64,000 bases of DNA from Basidiobolus meristosporus CBS 931.73 (taxonomy: Eukaryota; Fungi; Basidiobolomycota). Every line of letters begins with the position of its first letter. Position 1 is the stretch's first letter. The notes beneath the pieces were generated by a model. The model was not told the DNA's origin, did no database searches, and saw only the letters and a list, made by a program, of their open reading frames with translations. The stretch spans positions 281,099-345,098 of the forward strand of contig MCFE01000001.1 of NCBI GenBank assembly GCA_002104905.1, written 5' to 3'. This document shows, piece after piece, positions 27,801-40,046 of the stretch. The position numbers and the translations under genes are program-made.

Positions 27801-29645
27801 CCATCAGTACACCAGGTGGTTTGCTATCGGGTCCCAGCTCACAGCCACCACCACCACCACCACCCCCTCCTCCTGTCATTAAAAATGGAGTGGCTTCATC
27901 TGGCTCTGCTCCCCCACCGCCAGCGCCCCCTCCACCTCCGCCAAACCCCGCTGTTGCATCATCGAATACTGATTCTACTCCGTCGACGCCCCTTCCAACC
28001 TCAAGTGTACTGGCCACTGGTCCGCCCCCGCCACCACCGCCACCATCACTTCTTAACAGCGCCATCTTTACTCCGCCTGCATTCATGTCCCCCATAAAGC
28101 CCCGAAAACAAGTCAAATGGCTTCCGAAGAGTAAGGTCAAACCGTTGTCTTGGGATAAAATCCCCGACTTTGCGGTGGACCGAACACTCTGGATGGAGAA
28201 GATTAAAGAGGAGGAGAATCTAGGGGAGGAATTGACAACCAAGGGAGTGTTCGAAGAGATCGAGGAACTCTTTTCCGCGCGGGTTACCGAGTCCGTCAAA
28301 GCCAAGCCAAAAGAAATCAAGGCTGAAAGCAAAATATCGATCTTAAACAACAAGCTGGCGTCTAACCTGAACATCACCTTGGGACGAGTACGGCATCTGC
28401 CCCCGGAAAAGATCCGAGAAGCCATCGTGAATATGAACGAGAATATCATCACGGAGCTGATGCTTCATCAGCTATTGCAGTATATTCCCTCCGCCGAAGA
28501 GAAGGGGCTCCTGGCTGAATACAAAGACAATCCGGAAAAGTTGGCCAAACCCGATGCGTTTTGTGTGGAGATGATGAAGATCGATAGATACGAACAGCGA
28601 CTTCGAGCCATGCATTTCAAGTCCACCTACTTCGAGAAGGTACATCACATTGAACGAAGATCTCACCGCCATTCTTGAGGCCTCGAAAGCTTTGCAGAAC
28701 AGCCAAAACTTCCCGAAGCTGTTGGAAATCATATTGGTTGTTGGAAACTTCATGAATGGTACCTCTTTTCGTGGCAGCGCATACGGCTTCAAGATTCATA
28801 GCATCAATCGCTTAGTAGACACCAAGGGTAAACACAACCAGATCACCCTACTTCACTTCCTCGTCAACACCATAGAAGAGAAATTCCCGCATATCCTGAA
28901 GTTCCTTGACGAGTTGAAGCCAGTAGGTGCTGGGTGTCACGTGTGCTACCAGGATATGAAGGCTGACTTTAAAGACCTCAAAGAGCGATTTGAAGAGACT
29001 CGACTTGAGGTGGAGAAGTATCACTCCACTCCAGAGAAAAGCCAAGAGCCCTTTACCATACAAATGAACACATTTATCCTTTCTGCCGATGAACAGCTAA
29101 CAGAGGCTCAAACCAAGTACGAGACGATGAACGAAAAATACGAAGCCATCGTGAAACTCTACGGGGAGGATCCGGCCACCACGACCCCCGAGGAGTTCTT
29201 CGGGATTTTCCGGAGCTTCATGACCTCGTTTGAGAAGGCGCTGAAAGACAATCGCCTGGAAAGAGAACAAAGAAAGAGAGCGGAAAAACGAAAACAACAG
29301 GAGAACGAGAAGAAAATCGAGAAAGCGGCCCGAAAACAACCAGATCCGGAGCCTTCCGTCGACCAATCCCCTCAAGCAGTGGACGAGAAGGGAGTCATGG
29401 ATAGCTTACTGGATGTCCTACGTCGTGGAAATGACTTCGATGCGGCCAGGCGCGCTCGCAACCACAGCGAAGCCATTGCTAGACTGAGAGATCGAGAGAG
29501 AAGACGTACCCTACGGGCTCAACGTCGTGGATCAGTTCACACTCGAGCTAAAGATCTTCTGTTCGATATCTCTGGTGACCAATCATCGAGACGGAGTTCG
29601 AGCAAGTCGATTGTGTCTACACTTGCCACTGTTGAAGACAATTGA
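24885..29645 (+). CDS. Diaphanous-related formin (GBD-FH3-FH1-FH2); two apparent 1-bp frameshifts
   Basis: FH3 helices; poly-Pro FH1 repeats PPPPPPPPILAPGG; FH2 VKPLSWDKI, GNFMNG...AYGFK, TLLHFL; frame changes near 27651 and 28640. Confidence 0.92.
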
Positions 29646-30445
29646 GTTTACGTGTATGGCTAGTCCCGCCAGCACAATTCATAGACAACCTGTATTATTG
29701 TTTAGGATTCCCAACCTATTTTGTACCACCACTCTACAGCCTATTTGTAGTAAATTAGCTGCTAGTAATACATGCAAGTATTTAGCTTGGCTTTCATATA
29801 GCAGTGATTTTGTAACACCTGGAACGTTGACGCACTCATGAGTCTATTCTTCTGGGGTCGCAGGCGCCCATAGCAACTACACTTGATCAGAAACCATGCG
29901 TTACGATTTGGGGCTGTTGTCACGAATGATCCCTGACAGTAGATGTAGATCCAGATTATTGGGGACTATTGGGGATTATTAATAGAAAGGATAAGCTTAA
30001 GTTTGCAAGAGGGAGCAGTTGCTACGGAGGCTAGAGTGCCAGCAATATCCTATTGTGACCGATTCAAGGGATCAGCTAAATTTACAACCAGCTTTTTCAG
30101 GCTAATGTTATACTTCAACGGCCAATAGGGTCCAGGCGTAATAAACTCATTCGTCAAGACGCCCTTTGTACGACCGGGTTATGAGGATGGGTTTACCATA
30201 AGCAGACAGTGAAGGAGGGAAGGAACTTGGACTGATCAGTGTCTGGGTGAGTAGGGTACATGATAAATGAGTTCTGAGATCCGTGATAATTGTAGCAATG
30301 GGTTTTCGAATGTTCGGACAGTCGTAGCCTGTGAAACCAATAGATTACTGGCCTTGGTGACTCGATGTCGATTTTTTCTATATTTAAGCTGCGCTCGCTG
30401 CCAAGGTGCCCACATCAAGGGCTTTCCCTTTATCACGCCGCTACC

Positions 30446-31606
30446 ATGATACGACAACTCACAAAAGAATACAACATGCCTCCGATGTACGAGCGTCGTT
30501 GGCCTTTTGCCTTAAGGTTGAAGAAGTCCGTTATCCCTCGCATCATTTTAAAGATTATCGTCTTGACCGGATTTAGTGCGATAATTGTTGCGTTGAACCA
30601 ACACGTAACCAAGCTGGATATTGGAAGTCAGGCTGTCATCACAATCCTCGGCATGGTTACCTCACTGTTGCTAGTGTTCAGAACCAACACTGCTTACGAC
30701 CGTTACTGGGAAGGCAGACGGTTGTGGAGCACGCAGATGGTCAATCTGCGTAATCTCACTCGATTGATTTGGGTGAACGTGGGCGAAAAATCCCCGCAGG
30801 ATCATAAATTGAAACAGACCGCAGTAAACCTGCTGGTTGCTTTCGCCTACGCCACCAAGCACTACCTCCGTGAGGAATACGACTATTCCGACATCACCCC
30901 CGACATGGTTCCATTCTTGAAATCCTCCCACCTCAAGTATCGCACACCGACTTCCATTGCCGACCAACGTGAGCAGTCTCTGCTCCGTCCTATTGTCAAG
31001 CCGCATGAAAGCAAGGCGGCTGGAAGTAATCTGCCTCTAGAAATCACCATCCATTTGACATCGTTTATTCAGCATCAGAAAGATGCGGGGAACGTCGATG
31101 CCCCGCTATTTACCCTGCTCACCAATACTGTCAGCAGTTTGACAGATTGCTTGACTGGGTTCGAGCGTATTCTTCGGACCCCCATCCCCATGGCCTATTC
31201 TATTCATTTGAGTCAGACTGTCTGGTTCTATCTTATCATGTTGCCATTCCAACTTGCAAGTACTTTGAAATGGGTCACCTGTTTGGTGGTGGCATTAGCA
31301 TCATTCACTCTTTTCGGTATCCTGGCTATTGGTGGCGAGCTCGAAAACCCATTCGGCTATGACTGGAACGACCTTCCGCTGGACAGCCTCTGCGCCATCG
31401 CCAAAAGTGAGATGCAAACGATTACCAGCGTGCCCCCTCCCTCCATTGACAGTTGGTTCATTGATGAGCCAACCTCTCCTGTGAAGATCGAGCTCACCTT
31501 AGATATTCCTCCCAACTACCAACCTTCCAGATATCCACAGAACCACAGCACCTGTGGAGCTGGAGCCGGAGCTGATGATGGAGTTAGCGCTGTTGATGGG
31601 GAATAA
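30446..31606 (+). CDS. Bestrophin-like UPF0187 (RFP-TM) anion channel; intronless, start uncertain
   Basis: LLLVFRTNTAYDRYWEGR, ERILRTPIP.AY, ELENPFG.D.NDLPLD motifs. Confidence 0.85.
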   Translation: MIRQLTKEYNMPPMYERRWPFALRLKKSVIPRIILKIIVLTGFSAIIVALNQHVTKLDIGSQAVITILGMVTSLLLVFRTNTAYDRYWEGRRLWSTQMVNLRNLTRLIWVNVGEKSPQDHKLKQTAVNLLVAFAYATKHYLREEYDYSDITPDMVPFLKSSHLKYRTPTSIADQREQSLLRPIVKPHESKAAGSNLPLEITIHLTSFIQHQKDAGNVDAPLFTLLTNTVSSLTDCLTGFERILRTPIPMAYSIHLSQTVWFYLIMLPFQLASTLKWVTCLVVALASFTLFGILAIGGELENPFGYDWNDLPLDSLCAIAKSEMQTITSVPPPSIDSWFIDEPTSPVKIELTLDIPPNYQPSRYPQNHSTCGAGAGADDGVSAVDGE

Positions 31607-31772
31607 CGAACCCTGTGTTTTTGATCCGCGGCCCGGGAATTATCCATCGAACCTACAATTATCCAGCATCTCCAAAACGCCACGCATTGTTATCACCCAC
31701 CTCTCCTATCCTTCCTATTGATTAGGACCGAACCCAATAAATATCCACCCAAGCAATAATTGATCTACCGCC

Positions 31773-31824
31773 AATCAGCATCCATACAGCATTTATTGAA
31801 TCAGCATCCATACAGCATTTATTG
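31773..31824. repeat. 26-bp perfect tandem duplication
   Basis: AATCAGCATCCATACAGCATTTATTG x2. Confidence 0.9.
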
Positions 31825-32341
31825 CATTAGATTGGTTTGAACTAGGTGTCACCTCCACCTCCTATATTTGATGTTAATTCTACCCTTTTTCAGTGCTGTT
31901 GTGTGGGATATCACTTGGGATGAGTAATATGTAAGAAAGATACAGTAGTTGGTAATACAGATTTAATACGTGATAGTCGGTAGATTGCTACCCAATAAGA
32001 ACAATGCCATCTATGTTACCCAATGTTTGAGATGGACTGTTCACAATACCGAGAAGTGGCTGCACAGTTATCTACTTTTGTGCTGCTCAATCTATTTATA
32101 ACAATCGCCTTATCGACCGACCTGGATCTTCTGTTGATTAACATGTACACAATTGAGTGCTCGTTTTCATCCTGAGAGACTAACTAGCTTTATACAGTCA
32201 ACGTTAGTTTTCAGTTGGTGTGCACCAGTTTGGGCATCCTTTAGTAGCTAGTCGTTGATCACATCATATCTAACCAATTTGAGTGAACCGGATATGTAAA
32301 TACCATATGTAAATACCACTAGCTAATAAGCATTTATAGCT

Positions 32342-32692
32342 TTATTGGTTGTGACATACTACTTCAATATTGTTGCCATCAGGGTCATGAACAAATGCGG
32401 CATAGTAATTGTCTCCGTATTGTTTTCTGATGCCAGGTGGTCCGTTATCCTTGGCACCGTTCTCCAAGGCTACCTTGTAGAATTCGTCCACCTGCTCACG
32501 AGTCTCGGCTCGAAAGGCGACGTGGGTGAAGGCTGGATTTCCCTCGGCAATGGTGAAGGCGAACTGCGCAAAGCAGACGGCGGTGGGGAATTCCTTTTCA
32601 ATCTTATAACCGAGTGGCTTGAACACCACAGAGTAAAACTCCTTGCTGCGAGCTAGGTTCTTGACAATGATACCAATGTGATCAATGATCAT
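32342..32692 (-). CDS. VOC/glyoxalase-bleomycin-resistance family protein, bacterial type, 116 aa
   Basis: IDHIGI.V, HVAFRA...VD.FY..AL..GAKDNGPPG.R..Y...YYAAFV.DPDGNNIE; intronless. Confidence 0.9.
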   Translation of the reverse strand: MIIDHIGIIVKNLARSKEFYSVVFKPLGYKIEKEFPTAVCFAQFAFTIAEGNPAFTHVAFRAETREQVDEFYKVALENGAKDNGPPGIRKQYGDNYYAAFVHDPDGNNIEVVCHNQ

Positions 32693-33659
32693 CTTGTTGC
32701 TCCTTGGCCTTATAGCTCTTGGTTCATTTTATACTTCTCCCTTTATCCGCAGCGCGGTGGCTGTGCTGAATGTTGAATGTTGACAACAATCTAAGGCTTT
32801 GGATGACTGGATGCGCTGCGGCATGTATCCGGCTTCACTCGACCTACACTGTAGTGCCATGCTCAGCCAACTGAGACTGGGGTTTGCGAAGACAGGAGCT
32901 GCACTCGCTTCATATCCATGTTAGTGGCAGGTTGCATCCCAGAAGAATAACAGGATTGCAACAATCCAGACCATGCCATACAAACTAAATCATAAGGCAT
33001 TGATCCGTAGTCTATCAACTGAATTAACCAAAACTTAGGGAATATGGTTGATATTAGTGTGACAATTGCCAGCATATGAAATAGTTATTGCAATAACTCA
33101 GAATGATGAAACCAGGTGCAAAATGGGTAGCTTATTTACAAGTAAATAAAGAGCAGGGCCATCTTGTAAAGCTTATAAAAACGGTCACCGAGTTTACAAG
33201 CAGGCAAAACAGAGCAAAGTAGCATCAGGGGAATACCCAATGGAACCTTACAAAAATAATTGTGATGATCCTGCCAAAGGCTGTCATAATGCTACATCTT
33301 ATGACTGCGAGCTGTTGATGCCACCAGGACACTGTACATAAATAAATATAAACTCCCAGAACAAAATTGCTCCCTAAATATCCAAAGAGGCTTAGTCATG
33401 ATTTTTCAGCCCCTACAGCCCCAAACTTTACACACATGCTCTTGGGACCTGTCTAAGCATATCACAGGCGTTTTCTTTGCCAAGATTATGTGAAAGTATG
33501 AACACAATTTCTACTGGCAATAAATCATCAAGTGAAAATCACATAATATAATTGTTGTCTCAATCACTTCCAATACCTTGAGGAGTCTTACAACAGGTTG
33601 TTTGCCCCCAGCTGTCACTCTCTTGAGTGTCTACAACTGCTATTACTGGAACTTTTTTC

Positions 33660-34010
33660 GCTGCTGAAAAGTTTCATGATTCCAACCACCAAGTCTGGAA
33701 GGTGAGTATGGAGATACTGCTACAGGAAAGAGGCTTTTGCAAATTGCTATGGGAGGAGAATGCCCTCCTAGAGATGTAGGAGAAGAAGCCTTAAAATACT
33801 AGAAGTAAGAACACAGCACTTTCAACTGCATTTGCCTCAATCTTAGAGCCAAATTGCTAGTTCAATACTCAAGAGCAAAAACAGCAAAGAATGCCTGGAA
33901 GACATTACAGGACACCTACCAGTCATATTCAGCTGCTAACAACATGTAGCTTGGCAAAGATTCTTAACTACAAAGATGCTCCCAGCAGAAGAAATGATAC
34001 TAAATAACAA
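33660..34010 (+). mobile_element. Degenerate Ty1/Copia gag remnant
   Basis: EKFHDSNHQVWKVSMEILLQERG, AKNAWKTLQDTY, RFLTTKM; stops and frameshift. Confidence 0.6.
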
Positions 34011-34014
34011 AATT

Positions 34015-35361
34015 TTCTTGTTGGATGATGAGAAGTTGGATAGTCAAGACTCTAAGAGATATGGTCCTTGCGGGATATCTCAGGTTTGGGGATGCTATGA
34101 CCAAATCCATGCTAAAGCTCTTTCAAATCCAGGTTCTGAGGGATACCAAAGAACGTGCTAGGATACCAGTCGAACAGGGTGCCCATTTGATAGGTGTTTT
34201 GGACGAAACGAATACTTTGAAAGAAAACCAAGTAGTTATTCGCTTCACTGACCCACAGGATCCCAGCACAATAAGAAGCTATGTGGGCCCTGCATTGGTT
34301 ACTCGGAATCCGTATCTGAAGCCAGGTGATGTCCACATGGTCGAGGCGGTCGATATTCCACATCTTCGTTCTCTTGTAAATTGTATCGTATTCTCTTCTC
34401 AAGGTGAGAGAGACTTACCCAGCCAGTGCAACGGAGACCTTGATGGGGATACATACATGACAATATGGGACAAACGATTACTGCCATCTCAGAGGAAATT
34501 CGTATCCGGTTACAACAAGTGCGAGATTACGGCTGCCCGGAAGATCACAATTGACGATACAATTAAGTTTTTTATCCATTACGTTGTATCAGACAATGTA
34601 GGTGCGATAGCGAATGCTCACTTAGCCTGGGCTGACCAGTCACCTTATTACACTCTATCAAATAAGTGTGTATCATTATGCCAGCTTCATTCAAGCAGTC
34701 AGCTTCATCAAGACTGGAGTTCCCGCAAGGCTTCCTTTTTCTTTGCGCCCAAAGCTATGGCCGGATTTTATGAACAAGAACCCGAGAAAATCATACATTT
34801 CAACCAATGTTCTGGGGAAAATGTATAGAAGTAGTGCTCAGAAGTTAAACGCGGCATTAGAGCTATACTCAGCATGTACATCTGAGGAATGCGCGATTAG
34901 ACGAGAAACTTCTGGTACCTGGATATGAAGCATACATAGCAGAGGCCTTAAGCCTGAAGCAAGAATACGACATTATGATTCGGGATATCATGAACCAGCA
35001 TGAAATACAAACAGAGGCTGAGGTAATATCCGGATATATCCAGAAATTTTCTCATATTGTTAGCCGAAAGAAGGAAAAATTCTTGCTGAAAGAAAGTCTG
35101 GGGAATGTTATCAGTGCTATATGGAAAACCTTCCATGATAAATTCAATGCCGAGTTTGCTGACGATACCGACAATCACAAAGTGAGTATCAATCGTAAAC
35201 GAAAAGCCATTGCCTGGTATTACGTATCGTACAATGATCCGAATTTAACAGCCAGCGATCCTTTTATGAACGACTCCTCACTCGCATTGTTTTCTTGGGT
35301 TGTCTGTGATATACTACAATCTATTGCATCAGATATCGAACAAAATACAATTCGTCATTAA
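34015..35361 (+). pseudogene. 5'-truncated eukaryotic (RNAi) RNA-dependent RNA polymerase fragment
   Basis: RARIPV..GA.LIGVLDET..L, VTRNP, CNGDLDGD catalytic motif, G.IANAHLAWAD, EAEVISG; frameshifts near 34690 and 34880; N-terminal half absent. Confidence 0.85.
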
Positions 35362-35639
35362 AGTCTTAATGAACTAAGAATAATCGGCATTGACATTGAT
35401 TTTTTAGTGGCGAACTGGCAATTATCTTTATTTTGGTGATTGTGAGCACAAACCTACCTATTAATCAGACCATAATCCCTGTACTAGCCCAAAATGGAGT
35501 TGGCAAATTTAGATTTTGGTCAATGCATGAATTAGAATATAGAGTGGCATAGCTTTGAATGCATGAGGAACCACCGGATGTAGGTCACTATACAATGTAA
35601 ATTATTTACGATGAAATATCCACAACTCATTGCTAATTG

Positions 35640-35660
35640 ATATATATATATATATATATA
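35640..35660. repeat. (TA)10 microsatellite
   Basis: Direct reading. Confidence 0.95.
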
Positions 35661-35989
35661 GGGCTCAAGTATCTATTTCATTAAAGTAAGCATGAGCACA
35701 CATGTCAACACCTACCAACTTGTAATTGTTGGGTAGTGAATAGGCCTCTACGAATAGGTTATTGCACACAGTAATTGGCCATAAGCCTATAAAATGTATG
35801 TTTATCATACAAAGAAGTTACCGAAATCAAAAAAACACCACCATAGATGATGCAAATGAACCACCAAAGGAGATATGGTCAGACTTTACAATACTTCACT
35901 TGCTTGAATTGAAACGGACGGGAGAACCCCGGCTTGTGAATTGTACGTTGCGCATTCAACTTCCAACGTCATGTCTTTTATACGTATTC

Positions 35990-36990
35990 ATGGTAATTGC
36001 CAAATCGCAACTGTGTCGGTGTTTCGGCCACAACAGTAGCACTAGTGAAGAATGGTCCACTAGTATTGAGGCCCAGTACCATCTTGCCAACAAACCGCTA
36101 CTGAATGCTTGCACTCATAGGCACTGAGTGGCTTACACATACAGAGCGCTGCTACATTCGGAAATGCTGTACCACCCATGCTTACCCAAAGTTGACAAGC
36201 TGCTTTGTAAAGAATCATCCAGATTTTGGGAAGATCCCTTAATTAACTTCAACTACAAATATGGCACTTATTCGCATTTTCTACCACCTTCATGAGTGAA
36301 TATGTTTCTCATTACAGAGTTTAGTGCCACGGCCAATTAGCTTTCAGTTTCACTTGGTTCCACTGAAAGGGTAACAAACCTGAATCCATGGCACACAGAT
36401 CAATGGACTTGTTCTCGTATTAGATACTATCAGCTTCTATCGGGATCTGGATCTTGAAGTGGCTCAAAAGCGATGTGATGAGAGTGTCTCCAAGCTTCAG
36501 GTGTGGGGTGCTGTCCACCAATAAATCCATTTGAGCAAGTTAGAATCGAGACGTAGAAGTTCGTGTGATTCATATGCGATGAGACGGGCTATGAGAGAAT
36601 CGACTTGGTCGCGAGTAGGACAGCCCAAAGTATATAAGGGTAAGCAGCTTTCAGGTCATAGTCAACATACAATCCACACACTTGACTCGTTCTCCGGAGC
36701 TGCCAGTTTGTTCAGGAGTGGGCTTTTTCCTTCGGCCGTTACTCTGCCCAGGCGATAGCCCTGATTGCTGCCGATACACCGTCTGAGCACGCTTGTAATG
36801 ATTGGCTTCTTGCTTTCAATGTAGCAGCAAATCGATACTACTCGGGGACCACCGATAGGGTGCTTTGCTAATGAGATGTGCCGATTAGCATTGTATTTTA
36901 GTCATTGAGGTTCGATGTGATGAGCAGGCATGTAGCGAGTCACTATCCTTCTGAATAAACCTTCTTAATGATGACGGGTCAAATCATCGT
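35990..36990 (+). repeat. Diverged copy 1 of an unidentified ~1-kb repeat family
   Basis: Shares AACAGTAGCACTAG, TATATAAGGG (36631), CAACATACA.TCCACAC.CTTGA.TCGTTCTC and TGAATAAAC...TAATGATGACG with copy 2. Confidence 0.55.
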
Positions 36991-37513
36991 TTCCAATTTC
37001 ACCCCAGATCGACGGATAGCATGCCCCCACTGAATCTTAGTGCGGCACTCCATCTAGAGGTGCTGGTTGCTGTTGCTCTTAATTATCTATGCGAAATACC
37101 ATCACTTTTTTATTGTACAATCATCATTGTATGAGAAATATCTTTAGTATGTTCTCAGGTTCACAGCGTCTAATAGTACCTTCAGAGTATAAATAAACAG
37201 GCAAACTGCGAGGTTGCTGTATAGACCCATGATATTAACATTGCTTGTTCGATTTAGCATATATCTATGTCATCCATGTATATACACTACTTCCAAATAA
37301 CACATGGAACCATACACTGGCGGATTTCATGCGAAAAACCACACTGGAGAAGATAACTACCTGGCAAAAATAATTCATAATTCTCTGAAAGATCCAAAAA
37401 GACCTCCCTCCATTCCTTTATTCTAGCTTATTAAACACAGAGTAAAGTGATCTCCATAGTCCCTAATTCAGCACCGGGGTAAACCTTGCTCATTGCTCCG
37501 TAAGTAGCGGATC

Positions 37514-38680
37514 ACCAATGCGTGTGCATCACCAGTAAAGCACCCGTTACCATAGATAGTGGGCCATCAGATGTTGTGCGAACAGCCAGAACGCCAGCAG
37601 AAGGGATAGCAGGATGTGGATTGTCTGTTGCTCATTCCACTTGTGCCAGCACACCTTTTATGCACATTCATGGCATCAACGGACTATGTAGCTTGGGTGC
37701 AAACATGGTGCAGAACAGTAGCACTAGAGGACTGAAGAGCGTACCACCAATATTGGGGTCTAACACCCAGTTACCAAAGTTGGCTTTCATGTGGCCCTTG
37801 GATTTAGTACATCGGGAAGGAATAGCTAGAATCCGTATAAGGATATATGGCATTGTGACACCCAGATTTTGAGATAGAAGCCCGATGGATCCTAATTCAA
37901 ACTAGGTTCACCCATGCATCTTGCTCAGTGCAAGGTAACACGGTGAATTTGGGCGAACGACTGCATATGCTGCGGCACCAATTGGAGAGTTCTCTTACAG
38001 GTCCTGTAGCTCGTATTCTCAGTGCAAGGTTGCGCGGTGGAATTGGCCAGCTGGATGCTTAGTACGAAGTGCAGTGTGTACCACTGAAGAGGCCATGACT
38101 CATGCTGCCGATTTGGAAGTTCACTTCGGAATCAGCTGTCCATTTCGAGGATTTGTGCTTCCGTTCCATGAACGTTTCAGTGCAATATCACCTCCTCTGA
38201 GTGAACAAGGCAGACTATGTGTGAAATACGCAACAGTATATAAGGGCAACTGTACCTTTCGACAAACTCAACATACAGTCCACACCCTTGATTCGTTCTC
38301 GAGAGCTGCCAGCTTGTTCAGGAGTAGCACTCATCCGTCTGCCATCTCGCCGCCCAGATGATCGCCTGGCTTTGAAGGGAATGCCTCATTCTACCGCAAA
38401 CAGATAGGTGATGGTAATGCATCGACTGGGATCGGCCACGTATTCTCATCCATACCTGCTACCGGTATTAATGTCATTGTTGAGCACATGTATGTCACCT
38501 CAATGCACATTGGCATTTTACCTTTTGCACAGTTGTAAGGAGTGATTGGCAGGAAAAGGAGTTCTCCACTTGAATAAACTAGTCTAATGATGACGATGCA
38601 ACAAAATATGAGCATGATTTAATCGGAACAAGTGATCGCCATCAGTCAACGGCGATGTTATCTGTTGCATCCAAGCGAGT
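37514..38680 (+). repeat. Repeat copy 2 = left arm of ~1.2-kb inverted repeat
   Basis: Reverse complement of 40047-41243; inner ~500 bp near-identical, outer part more diverged. Confidence 0.85.
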
Positions 38681-40046
38681 GATTCAATATTTCAGAGCTC
38701 AGTTTAATCGAGCTTTTGCCGTGTAGTTCCAACACCGGGCATTTTCCCTGCGAGGTAGGCTCAATGTGCCCGATTTGGCTGATGTTTCAGCATATCAGGC
38801 GTAGCAATATCAGCCCACTCCAACTAGCAATAACTACAGAGTGTTTCAGCCTCCCACTCTGAGTTACTGCAAAGTGTCTGTATCCATACAGTACTATCGC
38901 CAAACATAAGTTTCATTTATATGTTTCTTGACACTAGCTGGTTTATGCCCTCGGTACGTACAAAGTTAGTAAGGGCGGTAGACTGCAATGCACGTGATGT
39001 TAGATATTCTGACATCACAAATTCACTGCTGATACCGCAGACTACGAGCATCGTCTACAAATGCTGCATTATTTCCGTTGGAGATAGTGTTTTATCGCAG
39101 TGCTACCCAGTACCTTTTAGTTTACCACGAAGGATGCTAGTATTTCAAGGTCTATCCTAGCTAGTTCAGGCGCTCAGTACTACTGGATTCCTTAAGGAAC
39201 CTTTGTATGCGCCCTGCTATAATACATTGATTTGCCAAAAGTTGGAGGTAACCACTTCTCCTTATAATCGAATATTTTAGTATGCATCTTGCTAATTGGT
39301 AAAACATTGAATGTGTGATAAATATCTGCAATTGTGGAAGGCTTTAAATGGAGTATTATTTTGATGGTTGTCAACATGCCCTTAGACTCTGTTGACCAAT
39401 ACCGGTAGCAATGAGCCAAATATTATTTGATCGAATACGGTAAGCTTCCAAACCATATCTAAACACCTTAATACCTCAGAAATGTTGGAGAGTTGGTGAC
39501 ATATTACGGCTTAGTCGTCACGCTACTCATATTTACCTGTAATTAGAATTCCAGCCATTCCTAATCCAATATATTGGCTAATAGCGTACCAAATATCATG
39601 AGATCGTTCAATTGGGCTCTTAACAAAGGAAGTCGGAATTTTCATTCATCGAGTGAAGATCGTGATGACCGGCCTGCAAGCATTATATATGGCAATAGGT
39701 AGTCCAAAGCCAAACGGCCTTGGAGAACTTCCCGGAATACTAGAAAGCAGTTGACAGTGCTGCGGAAAATACCATCTGAAATTTATGGGATGCGGGAAAA
39801 AGCAGCAATTCAATGATGGACGAATATTCGACATCATCAGTCACCACAGTACGTGAATTCATCCAACCATTTCAATTATGCATGCATTGATAGCAAGATA
39901 AGCCAAGAATATAAGTTGAATAAGATATCCACCTGTGTAATGGTAAGACTTGGCCGAAGCCTTTAATATTTGGATGGGACGGACACTACTTGGCCTGATG
40001 TGCCTGTTCATCTACCGAAATGAGTAAAGGCTTTAATATATTACAA

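Noticed and set aside
38700-40040. Membrane-protein gene in the inverted-repeat spacer
   Set aside because: Hydrophobic stretches are seen on the minus strand, but they are too fragmented to call
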